Of a stretch of DNA of 64,000 nucleotides, positions 1 through 29,300 are shown piece by piece. Made by a program: the position numbers and the translations under genes. Origin of the DNA: the human T2T-CHM13v2.0 reference genome, Homo sapiens; assembly GCF_009914755.1 (NCBI RefSeq), contig NC_060925.1; one strand, given 5' to 3'. Every line of letters starts with the position of its first letter. The first letter of the stretch is position 1. Below the pieces are notes generated by a model. The model was not told where the DNA came from. It ran no database searches and saw only the letters and a list, made by a program, of their open reading frames with translations.

Positions 1-1109
1 ACAGGACTCACCAGAGGAGCTTGGTTTGAATGCAGGTTCCTGGGCATTTGAGAGCCAGACCTTGATGGCCAGCACCCAGCTTGTGCAGCTCTGTTTGTTA
101 ATGCAGATGAAAAACTGTTTTGGGGACAGGGAAGCGAGGTCCTCTCCTGAGTTGATAAAGTTCTTGTTAAAGGGAAAGTTACTTGCCCTGGATCCCTTTT
201 TGTTTCCTGGGATCCATTTCCCTCTGAAAAGTAGACCAGGCTAAGTGACTCCCTCATTGCTTCCTGGCAGTTGACCCATTTAGGGAAGTCACTCTTAACC
301 TTCCTTCACTGGCCCTAGTCAGGTTGGTCATACTCACCCATATCTCTTTGGTCTTCCACATTCCCAAATTCAGTTGCTGCTGTTTTTGGTCTTCTCTGAG
401 CTGTCTTCTTCTGAACAAAATGTTTTATAGGTTGACTCTCAAACTTTCTCTTACTTGCCTTTTGGACCAAATTAGATTCAAGACCCTTATTGCTAGCCCC
501 CTCCTCCCACTTGTGTCCTCAGATCAGAAGGAGCTGGGTCAGTGAATAAGAATGGGAAAGTACCCCAGTCAGCAAAGGTTCAGATATGTCACCAAGCAAA
601 CGCAGTCCCTCTTGTTTTTGCTTTGAAGGTTGAATAGTCAGTCTTGGCTCTTATATTTAGCTTAATCACCAGTAAAACACCTTCATGATGAATGTATATA
701 AGTTCACTAGGATTTCAAGCAACTATTTTCCAGGTATCTAGGACCCTCTTATATGATGTATCAGATAACTTGGGCCTACTTCAGTCTGGAGTTGGTTTTG
801 TTCCCATGAGTTTCTTATGTGAATGTTTTGCTCTAATTCTGGCTCTCATAAAAAATCATCTCCCCTGAAGGGGAGACCCGGTGGTAGGAAATCCCAAGCA
901 CACCTTTTCTCCAGAACTATCAAGGGTCAGAATAGCCAAGAGTCATCAGTCACTTCCCCTGCTGACCCTCTGGGGAAATGCTACTAAGAAAACAGGGCCA
1001 GAAGGCAGAAGCTTAGCCACCAGAGGCCAACTCTAACAGACTGATGGTCCTTTACTTTGCCCATACTTTATAGCTATTTCAGGAAATAGTAAAGCATTCT
1101 AGTTAATAG

Positions 1110-1459
<350 letters not shown>

Positions 1460-2372
1460 CAACCCTCAGCTCTGCAAACTCAGTCTCATGCTCCTGGAAT
1501 ACCTTCAATAGCTGCCTTCCTCACCGCAGATGTTTCTGCCTCTTAAGGATAGATCTTCTGCAACAGTCTTGCTGACAAGCTAGAGCTTGGACTGAAAGAG
1601 AAGAGCTGGATTATATATTTCCCAGACTTCAAACCCTAGCAGAAGCTAAGGCTTGTGATTTGACCTGAGACATTTGTTTCAGGTAATCGTGTAGAATGAA
1701 GTATCTTAGTTTAAAGGGTAAGAGAGAAGTTGTTTCTGGTTTTTCCTTGCCCCTGTGTGAAAATAGGTCCTAAATGACTGACTTCACTGCATTAGACCCT
1801 ATAGCTGGTCTCACAAGACACTTTGTGCCCAGCTGTCACTCACTCTCAGCAGCTTCCTTGCAGCAGAGCAGGGCTGAGGGGAAGGGGCTATGAATGTTTG
1901 TATACGTGTTCACAGGGCACGGAAAATCTTATGCTGCTCCGTCATAAACCTACACCAATGCCCAGCAATCACCCTCCTCACTTCCTTGTCTAGATGTAGA
2001 GGTCAGGCTGCTGAACCAGCCAACACATGGGCTACTGCTGGGAAGCCTGGGCTGTTTTTTTTCTTAAACACATTTTATATTACTGAACAACCAAATCTAC
2101 CCTCCACGGCCCTGAGGCCTTATCAGTTCCACTGATTAAAAACTTTCTCTTCCACGGACTTTAAGCCCGGTAGGAAAGAGAGAGGAGGAGGGGGAAAGAG
2201 CAAACCATCTTTCTTCCAGGCCCTTGACTGCTCCTTTGGGCTGGGCCAAGGTTTGTATGTACCACACCATGCATGACTCAGATGCCCTCAGGTCCCTTTC
2301 TCTATGGTATGTATACTGCTTGTGTTTGGGTTGAAGCACTACCTGACATTAAAGGAAGGACTTGGAGAGAGA
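1460..2372 (+). other. MTFR1L: MTFR1L 3'UTR
   Basis: Repeat-free sequence after the stop, with ATTAAA at 2135-2140 and 2348-2353. The 3' end is approximate. Confidence 0.75.
2348..2353 (+). terminator. Poly(A) signal ATTAAA (MTFR1L distal)
   Basis: ATTAAA followed ~25 nt later by a TG/T-rich tract (tttgctgtgtcc). Confidence 0.65.
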
Positions 2373-2552
2373 ATGCATTTGCTGTGTCCATCTCTTGAGT
2401 TGCGATTACCCAGTATCCTTCAGGGGCATAGGATTATTGTTAATTTTAAGGTGTATGAACTTAAACAGGCTACTGGCTTCTCCTCTTTCCTTATAAGGTC
2501 CTGCCCTTCTAGGGGGTTTCTTCCCCCTTTCTGTAGAGATTTTGCCCTATAC

Positions 2553-2884
<332 letters not shown>

Positions 2885-2935
2885 TGACTGGAGAGATGAC
2901 ATACACGATAAAAGTAGAATTTAACATTTAAATTA

Positions 2936-3220
2936 GGCCAGGCACAGTGGCTCACACCTCTAATCACAGCACTTTGGGAGTTCAAGATCAGCCTGGGCAA
3001 CAAAGCAAGACCTCATCTCTACAAAATATTTTAAAAATAATTAGCTGGGCATGGTGGCATGTGCCTATAGTTCAGCTACTCGGGAGGCTGAGGTGGGAGA
3101 ATCACTTGCGCCCAGGAGGTCCAGGCTGCAGTGAACCGTGTTCATGCCACCACACTCCAGCCTGGGCAAGAGAGCGAGACCGTGTCTCAAAAAAATAAAA
3201 TTTAAGTTAAAAAAAAAAAA
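2936..3220 (+). mobile_element. Alu (AluJ-like, internal deletion)
   Basis: ggccaggcacagtggctcac… with A tail. Confidence 0.9.
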
Positions 3221-3453
3221 AGAAGCAGTTCTCTTATAACCTTGCAAGTTTGTCCCTTAGAGGTTGTTTAAGCCTCTTAGATACCACATCAACAACAAGG
3301 AATAATGCCTTGGGTAGAAGACAGGTCAAACTAGACTCTGGTTCAGATCAGGCTCAGGGCAATGACAGCATATACTATTACAGTGTTGCCTTTTCAAAAA
3401 TAAAATTGGTAATGGTTTAATTACCAATTATCACAAGAGCCACTTTGTAAACA

Positions 3454-3459
3454 TTTATT
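3454..3459 (-). terminator. Poly(A) signal AATAAA (AUNIP distal)
   Basis: TTTATT on + strand, ~1 kb downstream of the AUNIP stop. Confidence 0.65.
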
Positions 3460-3768
3460 TGGATTCATAGTTTTACAAAGGGGATTCCCTCCTATCTTGT
3501 GGGAAAAGGGTAACAGAGTCACATCCAGATTGTTGTACAGCTCAGGCTTTTTAAGGGAGATATTTAAACATAGAGTATATAACTTTAAAGTGCTGTACAG
3601 TTACCACAAAAATAAAATAGGAAACTAGCACCATTCTACCTCTCTTCTCTCCACACCTGGGTTGTGGGGAGATTTGCTAATCACTGAAAAAAAAGGGTCA
3701 AGAGTAATCATCCCAAGCTTAGGCTGATGTGGGTTAAGATCAGCCAGAGATTAAAAGCTCACACATCT

Positions 3769-4146
<378 letters not shown>

Positions 4147-4425
4147 TCATAGAGATAAATACCCACTGTGCTGCCTCAGTGTTCATCATAGACTCATTCA
4201 GGGAATTTACCAGCCACCACCTTCCTGAGGGAAAGCCATGATGCCAATCCCACTGTCTTAACAATGGTACTGCCCTTTATTTACACAGAGAAGATGCTCA
4301 GTAATGACAACTTCATCCCATGCCACCTTCCCACCTAAACAAACTCACTCCTCTCTCCACCCACAACTATATTTTCCTACATCTCTATCATTTCAAGGTA
4401 CTTTTAGAAACAAAGCTTCAAACAT

Positions 4426-5279
4426 TTAGAATTGGTGTCTGATAACTTGATTACCTTCAGAGTCCTGGGTAAAGAGCAAATCAGGCTTCAGATTTTGAGT
4501 TGGCCCATCCTCCTGGCACTGAGCCCAAGGACTGTTAGGAAACGGCCCTAAGTCCCAATTCCAGTTATTGGTTACATCTTGAAAAGGAGCTCTAGTGTTG
4601 TGGGCAATGACCCGCTGGCCTTGAGAATCTTCAGTGAAAAGTTGACTCCAGGAGTCCTTGTCATTCTTTTCATTGTCCCAGGAAAACACAGAAACTGGAC
4701 TACGGCTTTGTTTCACTGATTCTATGTTTTCTCCATTCCAGGATTCCCTGTATGTTTGAAGGAGGACAGGGGCCTGCCTGTTTTCTTTGGCAGACACCTT
4801 TCTTTCCAATTTAGTCTTGCCTAAGGGCTGACAGCATTTGTCCCCAGGTAGTTTGGTGTGTTTCTCCATACTCTGATAGTTCTTCTTAGACTCATGAAGC
4901 CATTCCCATTTCCTGGCAGAATCCCCTTTTTCTTCCTTTCGGTCTAGCAAACAAGAACTTTCCAAGTCCTCGGTGAAGGAAAAAGCCAGTGGGGTATGAC
5001 TATCTCCAGCACAGTCTGGAGTATCAGGCTGGAGCAAAGATAGCTCAGTTGAAAATGGGGTTTTCATTCTGTGGTGGCCAGAAGTCTGGAGGGACTGAGG
5101 AGAGAGTCCAGCTTCCTGGATGTCTGCAGTGGTTGAAGTGGCTAAAGGGGATGCCATGCAATCGTGTGCTAAGCCTGGGATCAAATGGTCTAGCTGGGTC
5201 GCATTTTTCTTGGACTCTTTGTTGATCTGACTTTCTGTATGAGATGAAACACTCTTCTGGTCACTGCCATTTGTCTTTC
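4426..5279 (-). CDS. AUNIP: AUNIP coding exon 3 (Aurora kinase A and ninein interacting protein)
   Basis: Acceptor tgttttattag|GA at 5280/5279, open to TAA at 4426. Exons of 78+142+854 nt give 357 aa with compatible phases. Confidence 0.96.
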
Positions 5280-6845
5280 CTAATAAAACAGGAATGAACA
5301 AATATTATTCTGCAGAAAAACTGCCCTAAGCAGGATTCAGTTGGCTTTTTCTGAAATCAGTATCAGCTACTATTACTACCTAGTGCAGGAGTCTTAAGAC
5401 TCTTCACATAACTTTGTAGCCAATCTTCCTGTTTTCAATCTTGCCAGTCTATCATGAATAAACTCTAAAACATCAGATCTTATATTCCCTACTCAAATAC
5501 ATGGATACTTCCCATCACCTACCTAATAAAGTCAAACATCGCATACGATCAGACCATAGCCTACTTTACCAGCTGAGTTTTCATTTGTAGGTTTGTTTAA
5601 CATACGGCACATCAGTTTTGCTTTTGTTTTTTATTTAATGTGGTTTTTTACTAAATGGTGATCCTGGTCAAATATACATTCCTAGACATTATCCTTAAAG
5701 AAACATGCTAAACACATACTAGTTTTGTAAGGTCTTAAAGATGACATTAACTATCCAACTCTGAGAAACCTTCTGGTGACAGTGTGAAAAACGTGGGTCC
5801 TCCACTCCCCAGGCATTTCATTGGAAAGGGAGTGAAGACACAATTAGGATGCTAAGTCAATCAGTAGGTAGAATAGTGAAACAACTACTAGTGTCCAGCC
5901 TGTTAATTTTATCAGGCATAGAGTGGATTCTGTTCTGCCTTAAGATAAGGATGGAGGACATGGAATTCCCAACTTGGCTCAAATTGTTCCAAGATCTAAT
6001 TATAAAAACAAAGCAGAATAACTGATTTCCTCTTTCCTTCTACAATAAAAATTATACTGCAGAAACTAGGTTTTGTGAGAATTCTCAACTTTTCCTTAGA
6101 ATTCAATATAGACTATAAAATACACCAGAATTTGTAAGTGGAAAAAGTGGGTTTTTTGTTTGTTTTTTTTAAATCTGCCCTTACATAAAGCAAAAGAGTG
6201 TACGTTTTTGTTTGGAGGAGGGAGAGGGCATTTTGAAGGTTTAGGCAAAGCAATCCTGAGAATCACACCCGGCATTAGAGCACTCTTCCCAACACCCTCC
6301 AAGTGGCAGGAACCCTGCTGTTTAAGGCCCAGCCTGCTCTGAGTCAGCTGCTCCCCTGAACAGGGACCTGGAAGCAAAGAACAGCCAAAGGAAGAGACAT
6401 AAGCCAACTTTATGTGAGGCTAAGAAAAAGCATCTTTGAACCTTTCACTAATTTGAGAAGCGTCACACAAAAGTATCAATTATCAATTAACCTTAGACAG
6501 AGTACCCACTGTGGCCAACCCAAGATATATACCACCTAACTAATGGCAGGGCAACTCCCCAGTGCACCTCCAACTCCCAAGTACACCCTTCCTGACTGCT
6601 CTGTCAGCAAATACAAATATTTAATATTAAGCTGAGCAAAACAGAACCAGAAAAGTATGTTTGTAAAAGTACACATATATTGCTTTTCAAAAGGCAACAA
6701 CTTATGTTTTATAACCTCTTCTAACAGGCTAAGTTTAACACAATGCACTGGTTTCACCATTTCTCATAAATGGTCTAACATGGACAAATGAACACACTCC
6801 TTTTTTGCTCTGGATAATGAAGTATTCCCATATGGGTCACCATAC

Positions 6846-6987
6846 CTGGCTGCAAGGTGAAGAAGGAAGCAATGCTTCTCTGGTGAATGCCTGTAGATGG
6901 AGCTCTTCTTTGAGTAAAATAAATATTAGCCTTTCTTTCTCCAGGAAGGAGTGTTAGCATTTTGGTGCCTGGTTTGATTAAATGTGT
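6846..6987 (-). CDS. AUNIP: AUNIP coding exon 2 (THLIKPGTK…SFFTLQP/G)
   Basis: Acceptor ctttctcag|ACA and donor CCAG|gtatg; 142 nt, phase 0 to 1. Confidence 0.95.
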
Positions 6988-7391
6988 CTGAGAAAGGAGA
7001 GAAAAAAGAATAATGAGCCTATTAATATTAAAAGACATACAGTAGAGATTCAGTACACACCAGTGATCCTCTGAGAACCACACTAGATCCTCTGTACTCC
7101 ACTTATAGCCTATTCTCAAGGTAGTTGGTGCTGGACATCATCTTCCATTTCCAGCCATTGTAACGGTGTTTTTCTCAGGAATCACATATTCCAATGATAG
7201 CCCAATCTTTCTGCTTCCCCATGGAAATCAGGCTGACTAAACAAACAGGATTTGTTAACAGGATGGCAGAGATGATGCTCTTTTATATTTAAGGATAATT
7301 AATGATTCTACAGCAGCAGTTGATGCATTTTCAGTAGTTTTAAAGTAGTCACATAGTGGTGGTTAAGAGCATGGCTCAAGAATCAGTCCTT

Positions 7392-7532
7392 GGCCGGGCG
7401 CGGTGGCTCACGCCTGTAATCCCAGCACTTTGGGAGGCTGAGGCGGGCAGATAAGGAGGTCAGGAGTTCGAGACTAGCCTGACCAACATGGCGAAACCCC
7501 GTCTCTACTAAAAATACAAAAAAAAAAAAAAA
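7392..7532 (+). mobile_element. Alu left monomer inserted in a MIR
   Basis: Ends at the mid A-rich linker; TSD aatcagtcct on both sides. Confidence 0.85.
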
Positions 7533-7654
7533 TCAGTCCTAGTTCTGCCACTGCCACTTTGCTATGTGACCTTCTCCAAGTTGCTTAATCTCATTCTTAG
7601 GTGTCAAATGACAATAATAGTACCTATCCATATGGCAGTTATGAAAATTTAGTA

Positions 7655-7974
<320 letters not shown>

Positions 7975-8439
7975 TCACATAAAAGGCTTACACAGTTCCC
8001 GGCACATAGAAAACATTCAGTAGCAGTTGGCTAATATTAAGAGGAGGAGCAGTGAAACAGCACCAGTCTCACTACACTTTAAACTCAGGCGCTTTTATTC
8101 TTTAGAGAATGGAACTGGAAGATAGGCAAGAGAGGTTTGAAAAGTGAGTTGTCAACTAACTATAAATATAACCTCATCCTTATTTAATGTGATTTGTTTT
8201 TATTTCCATTTGCTTGTTAAAGAATGCCTGAGAAGTAGGGCAAATAGGATTATATTCAATTCAATTTTGCTGTGTCTGCCAAAAAACAAGTAAGATTTGC
8301 CACTATTCATGCAGCAAGTTAGAGGTAGGCCTGAATCTTGAAGCCGAGTTATTTATTCTAACTCAAAGTTGACTTCATTTTTACATTTGGAAACTAAGTT
8401 GTACTTTAAGTGGTTAAAAAAAGAAAGAAATCCTGGGGG

Positions 8440-9929
<1,490 letters not shown>

Positions 9930-9930
<1 letters not shown>

Positions 9931-10220
9931 ACATTCTTTTTCAAAGATAGCCAATACGAGATCTCCCATTTCACATGTTCTTCTTATGTGACTATGACAC
10001 TCTTCCCATCAAGTGTTATGAAGTCCTTATTCCCTCACCTTGAACTTGGAAAGTACTTTATGACTACTTTGAACAATAAGGTATGACAGAAGTAACAAAC
10101 ACCATACATGATTTCCAAAACTAAGTCATAAAAATGCCATGCACTTCTGCCTTGCCCTCTTGAGGTGCTCACTCTTGGGACCAACTCAATACATTTGAGG
10201 ATACCCAAGCTGACACATGG
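9930..10220 (+). mobile_element. MaLR LTR fragment (MLT1-like)
   Basis: tgtaac…ctcccatttcacatgttctt…gactatgacactcttcccatcaag…ctaagtcataaaaatgccatg. Confidence 0.6.
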
Positions 10221-10750
10221 CTCTCTAAATTTTATAGGAGCCACATCCTAGATATGTAAAATAATGCGGTTAGTATGCCAACAAATATTTGAGTACCTAT
10301 ATGCTAGGACTGGGAAGATAGCGATGAACAAAATAGACTTTCTGCTCCAGTAAAGTTTATAGCTTAAGAGAGAATAATAGACTAATAAATAGTTATTTAA
10401 ATTACTACAAGTATGCTAAGTCCTATAAAGAAGTTTTACAGAAAACTACAGATTATCAGAAAACACTAAGACCTCAATTAGCAAAACATCTGGGAATAAA
10501 GCTTTTTGCCAAGTTGGCAGGAGCTGAAGGATGTACCTTCCGTAGGTCAGAGTGCGGTCAGAACTGATACTGTCCCAGTTATAGCTCTCTTAGAAGACCC
10601 ATGGCTTCAAGGATCTACCTCTATCTCAGTGGACTGTTATGACTGTGTGAGAAAAGGTTATTTGGAACTGAGAAAGATCCCAGGTACAAAGTCCTTCAGC
10701 TGATTATCCCTACCTCAAAATAAAGGCGGCTGTTTGTATTTTATACAGTA

Positions 10751-13831
<3,081 letters not shown>

Positions 13832-15570
13832 AAGTGTGACCCTTTCTTATGCTCAACAAATCTATTATCAAAAAAGAGCTGGGATCATATACATAACTCC
13901 TCTCACTATTAGAAAATGTTCTCATGGTTCCACAGCACTTAAATTAAGTTTAGCTCTTATTTTATCTTTTAACTCTTCCGATAATTTATCTATAAGTTTA
14001 TCTTAAAGTTTTGCTTCAAACAAATATAATTCCTTTTTTTTTTTCATGATTCACTATGACCTTCAACTCTAGTACATAATTTGATGTAACTTCCTTTTTT
14101 CATAATGGTCACTCTGGTCTTAAATTTGTATATGAAGTCTCATGTTCCACCATTGACACACATGAAAGTATTATTCCTTTTGCCACACTCCTTCTTCCTT
14201 TATGCTTCCCAGGGCCCCTACTCATTCTCCTCCACTTTTAGAGTCACTGAGAGCATCATCACCAAGTCCCTCTTTCCTTTTAGTCTTTCCCAGCATTAAT
14301 TTGATGACATTTAGGATGAAAACCTTTCTAGTCAGCACTGTCATGCCTCACTGAGTCAGGTTGAAAGGATGACGCTACCTCATAAGCATGCCCTAAGGAG
14401 GATTGTTTAAGAAGTGTTACCAAGAAAAGCTATCAGGGTCTCATCATTATACATCTCCAACAACTTAAGTTAGCTCTGTTGAATTAGTAACCAAGTATTC
14501 ATTCAAAACTTGCTTCAACTTCAAACCTCTCTTAGTTCTCTGCAGAACTGAAAACACACTACCTTAGTTTAGGATCTCATAAACTCTTGCCTAGCCCTAA
14601 ACTATGACAATAGTCTCTTAGCTGGTCAGGCCTCCATTCACCACCTATTTCAATTCATCCCCCACATAACTTCTAGATTAATCTCAAAGTACAGCTGTGA
14701 TCACGTCATCTTGCTCAAAATCTGTCAACAGTTTCTCTATTACCTGTAGCATAAAGTGTAGACTCACACTGCACACATTGATGATTCCAGTTTACCTTTT
14801 TCTCTACTACCAAAAGCCCTCCATGCATCCCATAACATAATACTGAACTACATGTCAGTCCCTGCTGATGGCCTCCAATCTCCTCATTTGTATGCCTCAC
14901 AGAGAAAGGCATTTTTTACACCCAGCTCCAAAACATACTCTTCAGCTTACCACCAAGCATTCCTGATTCCCCCAGCCATGTGTGGTCTCTTCCTCTTCTG
15001 AACTGGCCATTTATCACTTGGTGTCTGAAAACTTATCATCCTACAAAATCCCAACATCAGCATGTGATTCACATACCTTTTTCCTATCCTGCACAGAACT
15101 TAATATAGCTTAATACACATAATAGGTACTCAATTCAATAAATACTTTAGGAAGGTAGATATGCAGGAAGGATTTCCCGTTTTCATTTTATTTATAGCTA
15201 CTCATTACATTTTCAGCACAACAGCAATAGTGCTGTCAGAAAACACTAAGGCTTTTCTAATGCTGTGATCCAAGCTAAGATGAGCTCCTGTCACTATAAT
15301 TGATGTCACAGATAAGGTCCAGAACACAGATGGGATGGAAGCGTACACCCACAGAGAACTATGAAGTTTTCCGTCCCAAAGTAATCTAACAACACAAATT
15401 TATTGCAGGAATCTTCTCGAGCACCACTCTGTATTGGTTTTTCATCTAAACCTCATGAAAATTCAACGGGGAAAGGAGAAAAGCAAATTTCTTCTATCAC
15501 AATTCCTAATTGGAGACCTGATATGTCTACATCCACTGGCATTACTAAGTCTCATAAAAGGGTGCTCCCA

Positions 15571-16152
15571 GGCCGGGTGCGGCGGCTCACGCCTGTAATC
15601 CCAGCACTTTGGGAGGTCAAGGCAGGCAGATCACTTGAGGTAGGAGTTCGAGATCAGCCTGGCCAACATAGTGAAACCTCATCTCTACTAAAAACACAAA
15701 AATTAGCCAGGCATGGTGGCGTGCACCTGTAGTCCCAGCTACTTGGGAGGCTGAGGCAGGAGAATCACTTGAACTCAGGAGGTGGAGGCTTCAGTGAGCA
15801 GAGATTGGGCCACTGCACTCCAGCGGGCAACAGAGTGAGACTCCATCTCAAAAAAAAAAAAAAAAAAAAAAAAAAGCCAGGTGTGGTGGCTCACACCTGT
15901 AATCCTAGCACTTTGGGAAGCCAAGGCGAGCAGATCACCTGTGGTCAGGAGTTCAAGACCAGCCTGGCCAATGTGGTGAAACCCTGTCTCTACTAAAATA
16001 CAAAAATTAACCAGGCATGATGGCAGATGCCTCTAATCCAAGCTACTCAGGAGGCTGAGACGGGAGAATTGCTTGAACCTGGGAGACAGTGGTTGCGGTG
16101 AGATCGCACCACTGCACTCCAGCCTGGGCAGCTAAGCGAGACTCCGTCTCAA
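15571..16152 (+). mobile_element. Two tandem Alus
   Basis: Alus at ~15571-15875 and ~15876-16152, flanked by aaaagggt(g/a)ctccc. Confidence 0.92.
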
Positions 16153-16677
16153 AAAAGGGTACTCCCTGCTAATGAGATTTTTTTCACTTAAAGGCCATAA
16201 TGCATGCATATCAGAGGTCATTGTACATTTACTCTCAGTTTTGCTCTAATAAGGACTACTTATTGAAGATCTGTTTAAATCTTCTCTTATTTTAACTACT
16301 TCCATTATAGCAGTGGCTGCATATGGCTCTCTCGGTCACAGAGATGACAGTCCTATAAAAGAAAGACGACCATTGTGCCTCAACTGAAATGCAGTGGAGG
16401 AAGAATCCTCACCCTGGAGCAAATCCTGAATCCCCCTGGAAAGTGTTAACTTCAACAGAAGTATTGTAGTATATGGATACAATCAGCAGCTATATACCTA
16501 TTCTCCCAATTTCCAAATACTATTTCAAGTCACATTTTCTATTTTTATTTTTCTCTGTCCTTTACCTACTCAGCTACCAATTTCCAGCTGCTAAATGTAA
16601 TCATATGTGAAGATGCAAAAGGGCTTTAAAAGACACTGAGAGCTGGTCCAAATAACTGGACCAAAATTACAGCTTAA

Positions 16678-18495
<1,818 letters not shown>

Positions 18496-18664
18496 CTGTC
18501 AAAAATTATGGTGGTCTTCAAGACTCCTTAACTTTTATTTCGTGTTTCACAAACATCCCTTATACTTCCTGCTTCTGTGGCACTATTCATAATGTCCCAC
18601 TGCACTCCCATTTCCAACCAAATCTGGCCCTTCATTTAAGGTCTAACTCTTCCACAAAGCGTCT

Positions 18665-22675
<4,011 letters not shown>

Positions 22676-22680
22676 TTAGC

Positions 22681-24747
<2,067 letters not shown>

Positions 24748-25403
24748 ACTCCTCCGCCCATGATAAACTTTTTTTATTTTTTGTGGAGTTGGGGTCTCAT
24801 TATATTGCCCAGGCTGGTCCCAAATTCCTGGCTTCCCAAAGTGCTGAGCTTCCCAAAGTGCTGAGATTACAGGCACGAGCCACAGTCCTGTTTAATTTTT
24901 TTTAAACAAACATATATTATTTTCATAATATAAAAACAAAATGAAAGCAAATCTAGTATACATACAAGGCCTAAGTAACGAGGCCAAATGGGTAGTTCAA
25001 ATTAGGAGAGAAGCAAACTCACTCCAAACATAGACTACTATTGTCTACTGGCCAGACTACAAACTACTCATTCTCTCAAAAATAGCAAACCATTCTGTTT
25101 AGAGATCAAGGGGGAAGAGGCATGTTTTCAAAAACACAGACACTAGGTACTGCCCATCCATCCCTGACATTAAAACTCAAAGGACTGTATGCCTATTTGA
25201 TAGCCACTCTAGGAAGAGGCACCTTGTGAAAGGGAATCTTTAGTACTCTTCTCTGGGTTGGAAGTCAGAGTAATAGTTAATAGTCAGGAACCAAAGATTT
25301 TAACAAGTATCTTTGGGAATCAAGTAACAAGAAGGAGAAATGGTGTTAGTGAGTATGGTCATAAGGTCCAGGCCTCTAGAAATCAGAATAAGTTAAGGGC
25401 CTA

Positions 25404-27630
<2,227 letters not shown>

Positions 27631-28399
27631 AATGATCAAATTTCTTATCTATAAAACCAGGATAATGACAAAATCTACTTTACTGAATTTTGGTGAGTAC
27701 CTGCCATTGATAAAGTGTATAAAGTCTCGGCAAAATGCCTGACACATAGAAAGCACTCAATAAAGGTTAGGTATTGTTGTTATTATTTATACACCTCTTT
27801 TCTTCCCTATAAGACTGTGAGCAACCTGAGAGCAAGAATCTTGCCCCTAGTGTCTGTTTTGAGCCTGTTTTCCGTATGTAAAATGGGTATCATTACACTA
27901 TCTACCATATAGAATTGTACCAAACAAGGTAACATACCTAAAACACTTAGCACCAGCATAAAATGCTCAATAAACATGAATGATTATTATGTCGCACTTT
28001 TGTTTCTTTACAGTGACTGAAGAGCATCTTGCCTAGGTGACAGACCTGAATGTGATTTCCAGCTCCTTCTAGTTAGGCGGGCCTAGGTTAGTTACTGAAC
28101 CTCAGTTTCCTCATTCCCAGCAAGAATGACGACACATATAACGCATATTCAGTATCTAATGCAGTATCCGGCACCCAGTGACTGCTCAGTACATAGGAGG
28201 CCAGCTCCCCTTCCCATAGCTTCTACTTTTCCCCTCAAAGTTACCGGTTCTGGGCAGGTAGTTGGCCTGCAACTTGGCAAATTGGGTGGAAACAGACCCC
28301 GGGGTGAGAATTTCCCCAATTTGCATTCGCATCCATCTCCCAATGCTCCAGCCTCTACTAGGACGTCTCGCAGGGACTGTGGCCTCCTAGGGAGCCTGG

Positions 28400-29300
28400 T
28401 CAGTTCAACTGCTCCGAGCGAACTTTCCCTCCGCCTCTCCCACACCTGAACCTTCGCCGCCCCTCCCTGCGCACCGCTCCTCCAGACCCCCCAACAGCAC
28501 GCTCTTTCCTTCCGTCCCTCCCATCCTCCCCAAGCCCCGTTTTTCAACCTTCTTCAGACCACAATCCCTCTCGCCTGTGAATCCCCAACGCTGTTCCCTT
28601 CTCTGTCCCCGACTTCGCTTTCATCATCTCCAGGTGTCCCCCAAACTCCTCCCGTCTTACGCCTCCAGGCCCTACCTGGTTCCCAACGCCCTCTCATCCC
28701 CCAGCGTCCCACCTGCACTTTCCGCCTCTTCAGCGCCGCCGCGTCCAGCCACACGCCGCAGGCCTCCTCCTCGGGGCCTGTCCGCCTCATGGCCGCTGAG
28801 GAGACGAAGCCGGCAGGACGCCGGCGCAGGCTCCCGGCGCCTCAGGGAACGCCAGAACCGCGGCCGCCGACGTTCGGATCTCGCGCCAACGCTGGGGGCG
28901 GGGCTACGTCGCGACCGCCCCGGGCGCCAGCCCCGCCCCGGCAAGGCCCTGGCCCCCTTCGCTGTGCCCCGCCCACGCACTAACTTTCGCGGCCGGTCCC
29001 TTGAGTGCGTGCGGCATATTTCCCTGCGCGGAGGAGTGCGTGTTCTTTCTGATCCGCTCTTTCAAGAGCGGATTCGGAAGCTGCTGTGTGAACGGTTCTC
29101 GACAGCCTCAGAAATGTACATTTTCTTTTTGCTGTATTGAAAATTTCTTACAGTATTTCCCGGGCTTAGGAATTTGTTCGTGTCATCGCTGAATCTTCGC
29201 GATCACCCCCAGAAGGAAGTGGCTGAGCCGAGATCAGGCCCGTCGACTCCAGACCAGGGGTCCTCGACCTAAGTGGTTACCAGACACTCGAGTGTGCGAA
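28400..29300 (-). promoter_or_regulatory. AUNIP: AUNIP CpG-island promoter with GC boxes and E2F-like sites
   Basis: High CpG density; GGGGCGGGG at ~28895 and CCCCGCCCC at ~28931; TTGGCGCG (-, 28882-28889) and TTTCGCGG (+, 28985-28992). Confidence 0.85.
28713..28790 (-). CDS. AUNIP: AUNIP coding exon 1 (MRRTGPEEEACGVWLDAAALKRRKVQ)
   Basis: ATG in gcggccATGA context, donor CAG|gtggg, 26 codons, within a CpG island. Confidence 0.95.

Noticed and set aside
5280-5301. ORF-track N-terminus MFIPVLL of the 291-aa ORF
   Set aside because: Intronic sequence upstream of the AUNIP exon 3 acceptor
28126-29192. ORFs up to 187 aa around AUNIP exon 1
   Set aside because: CpG-island artefacts; only 28713-28790 splices into a coherent CDS
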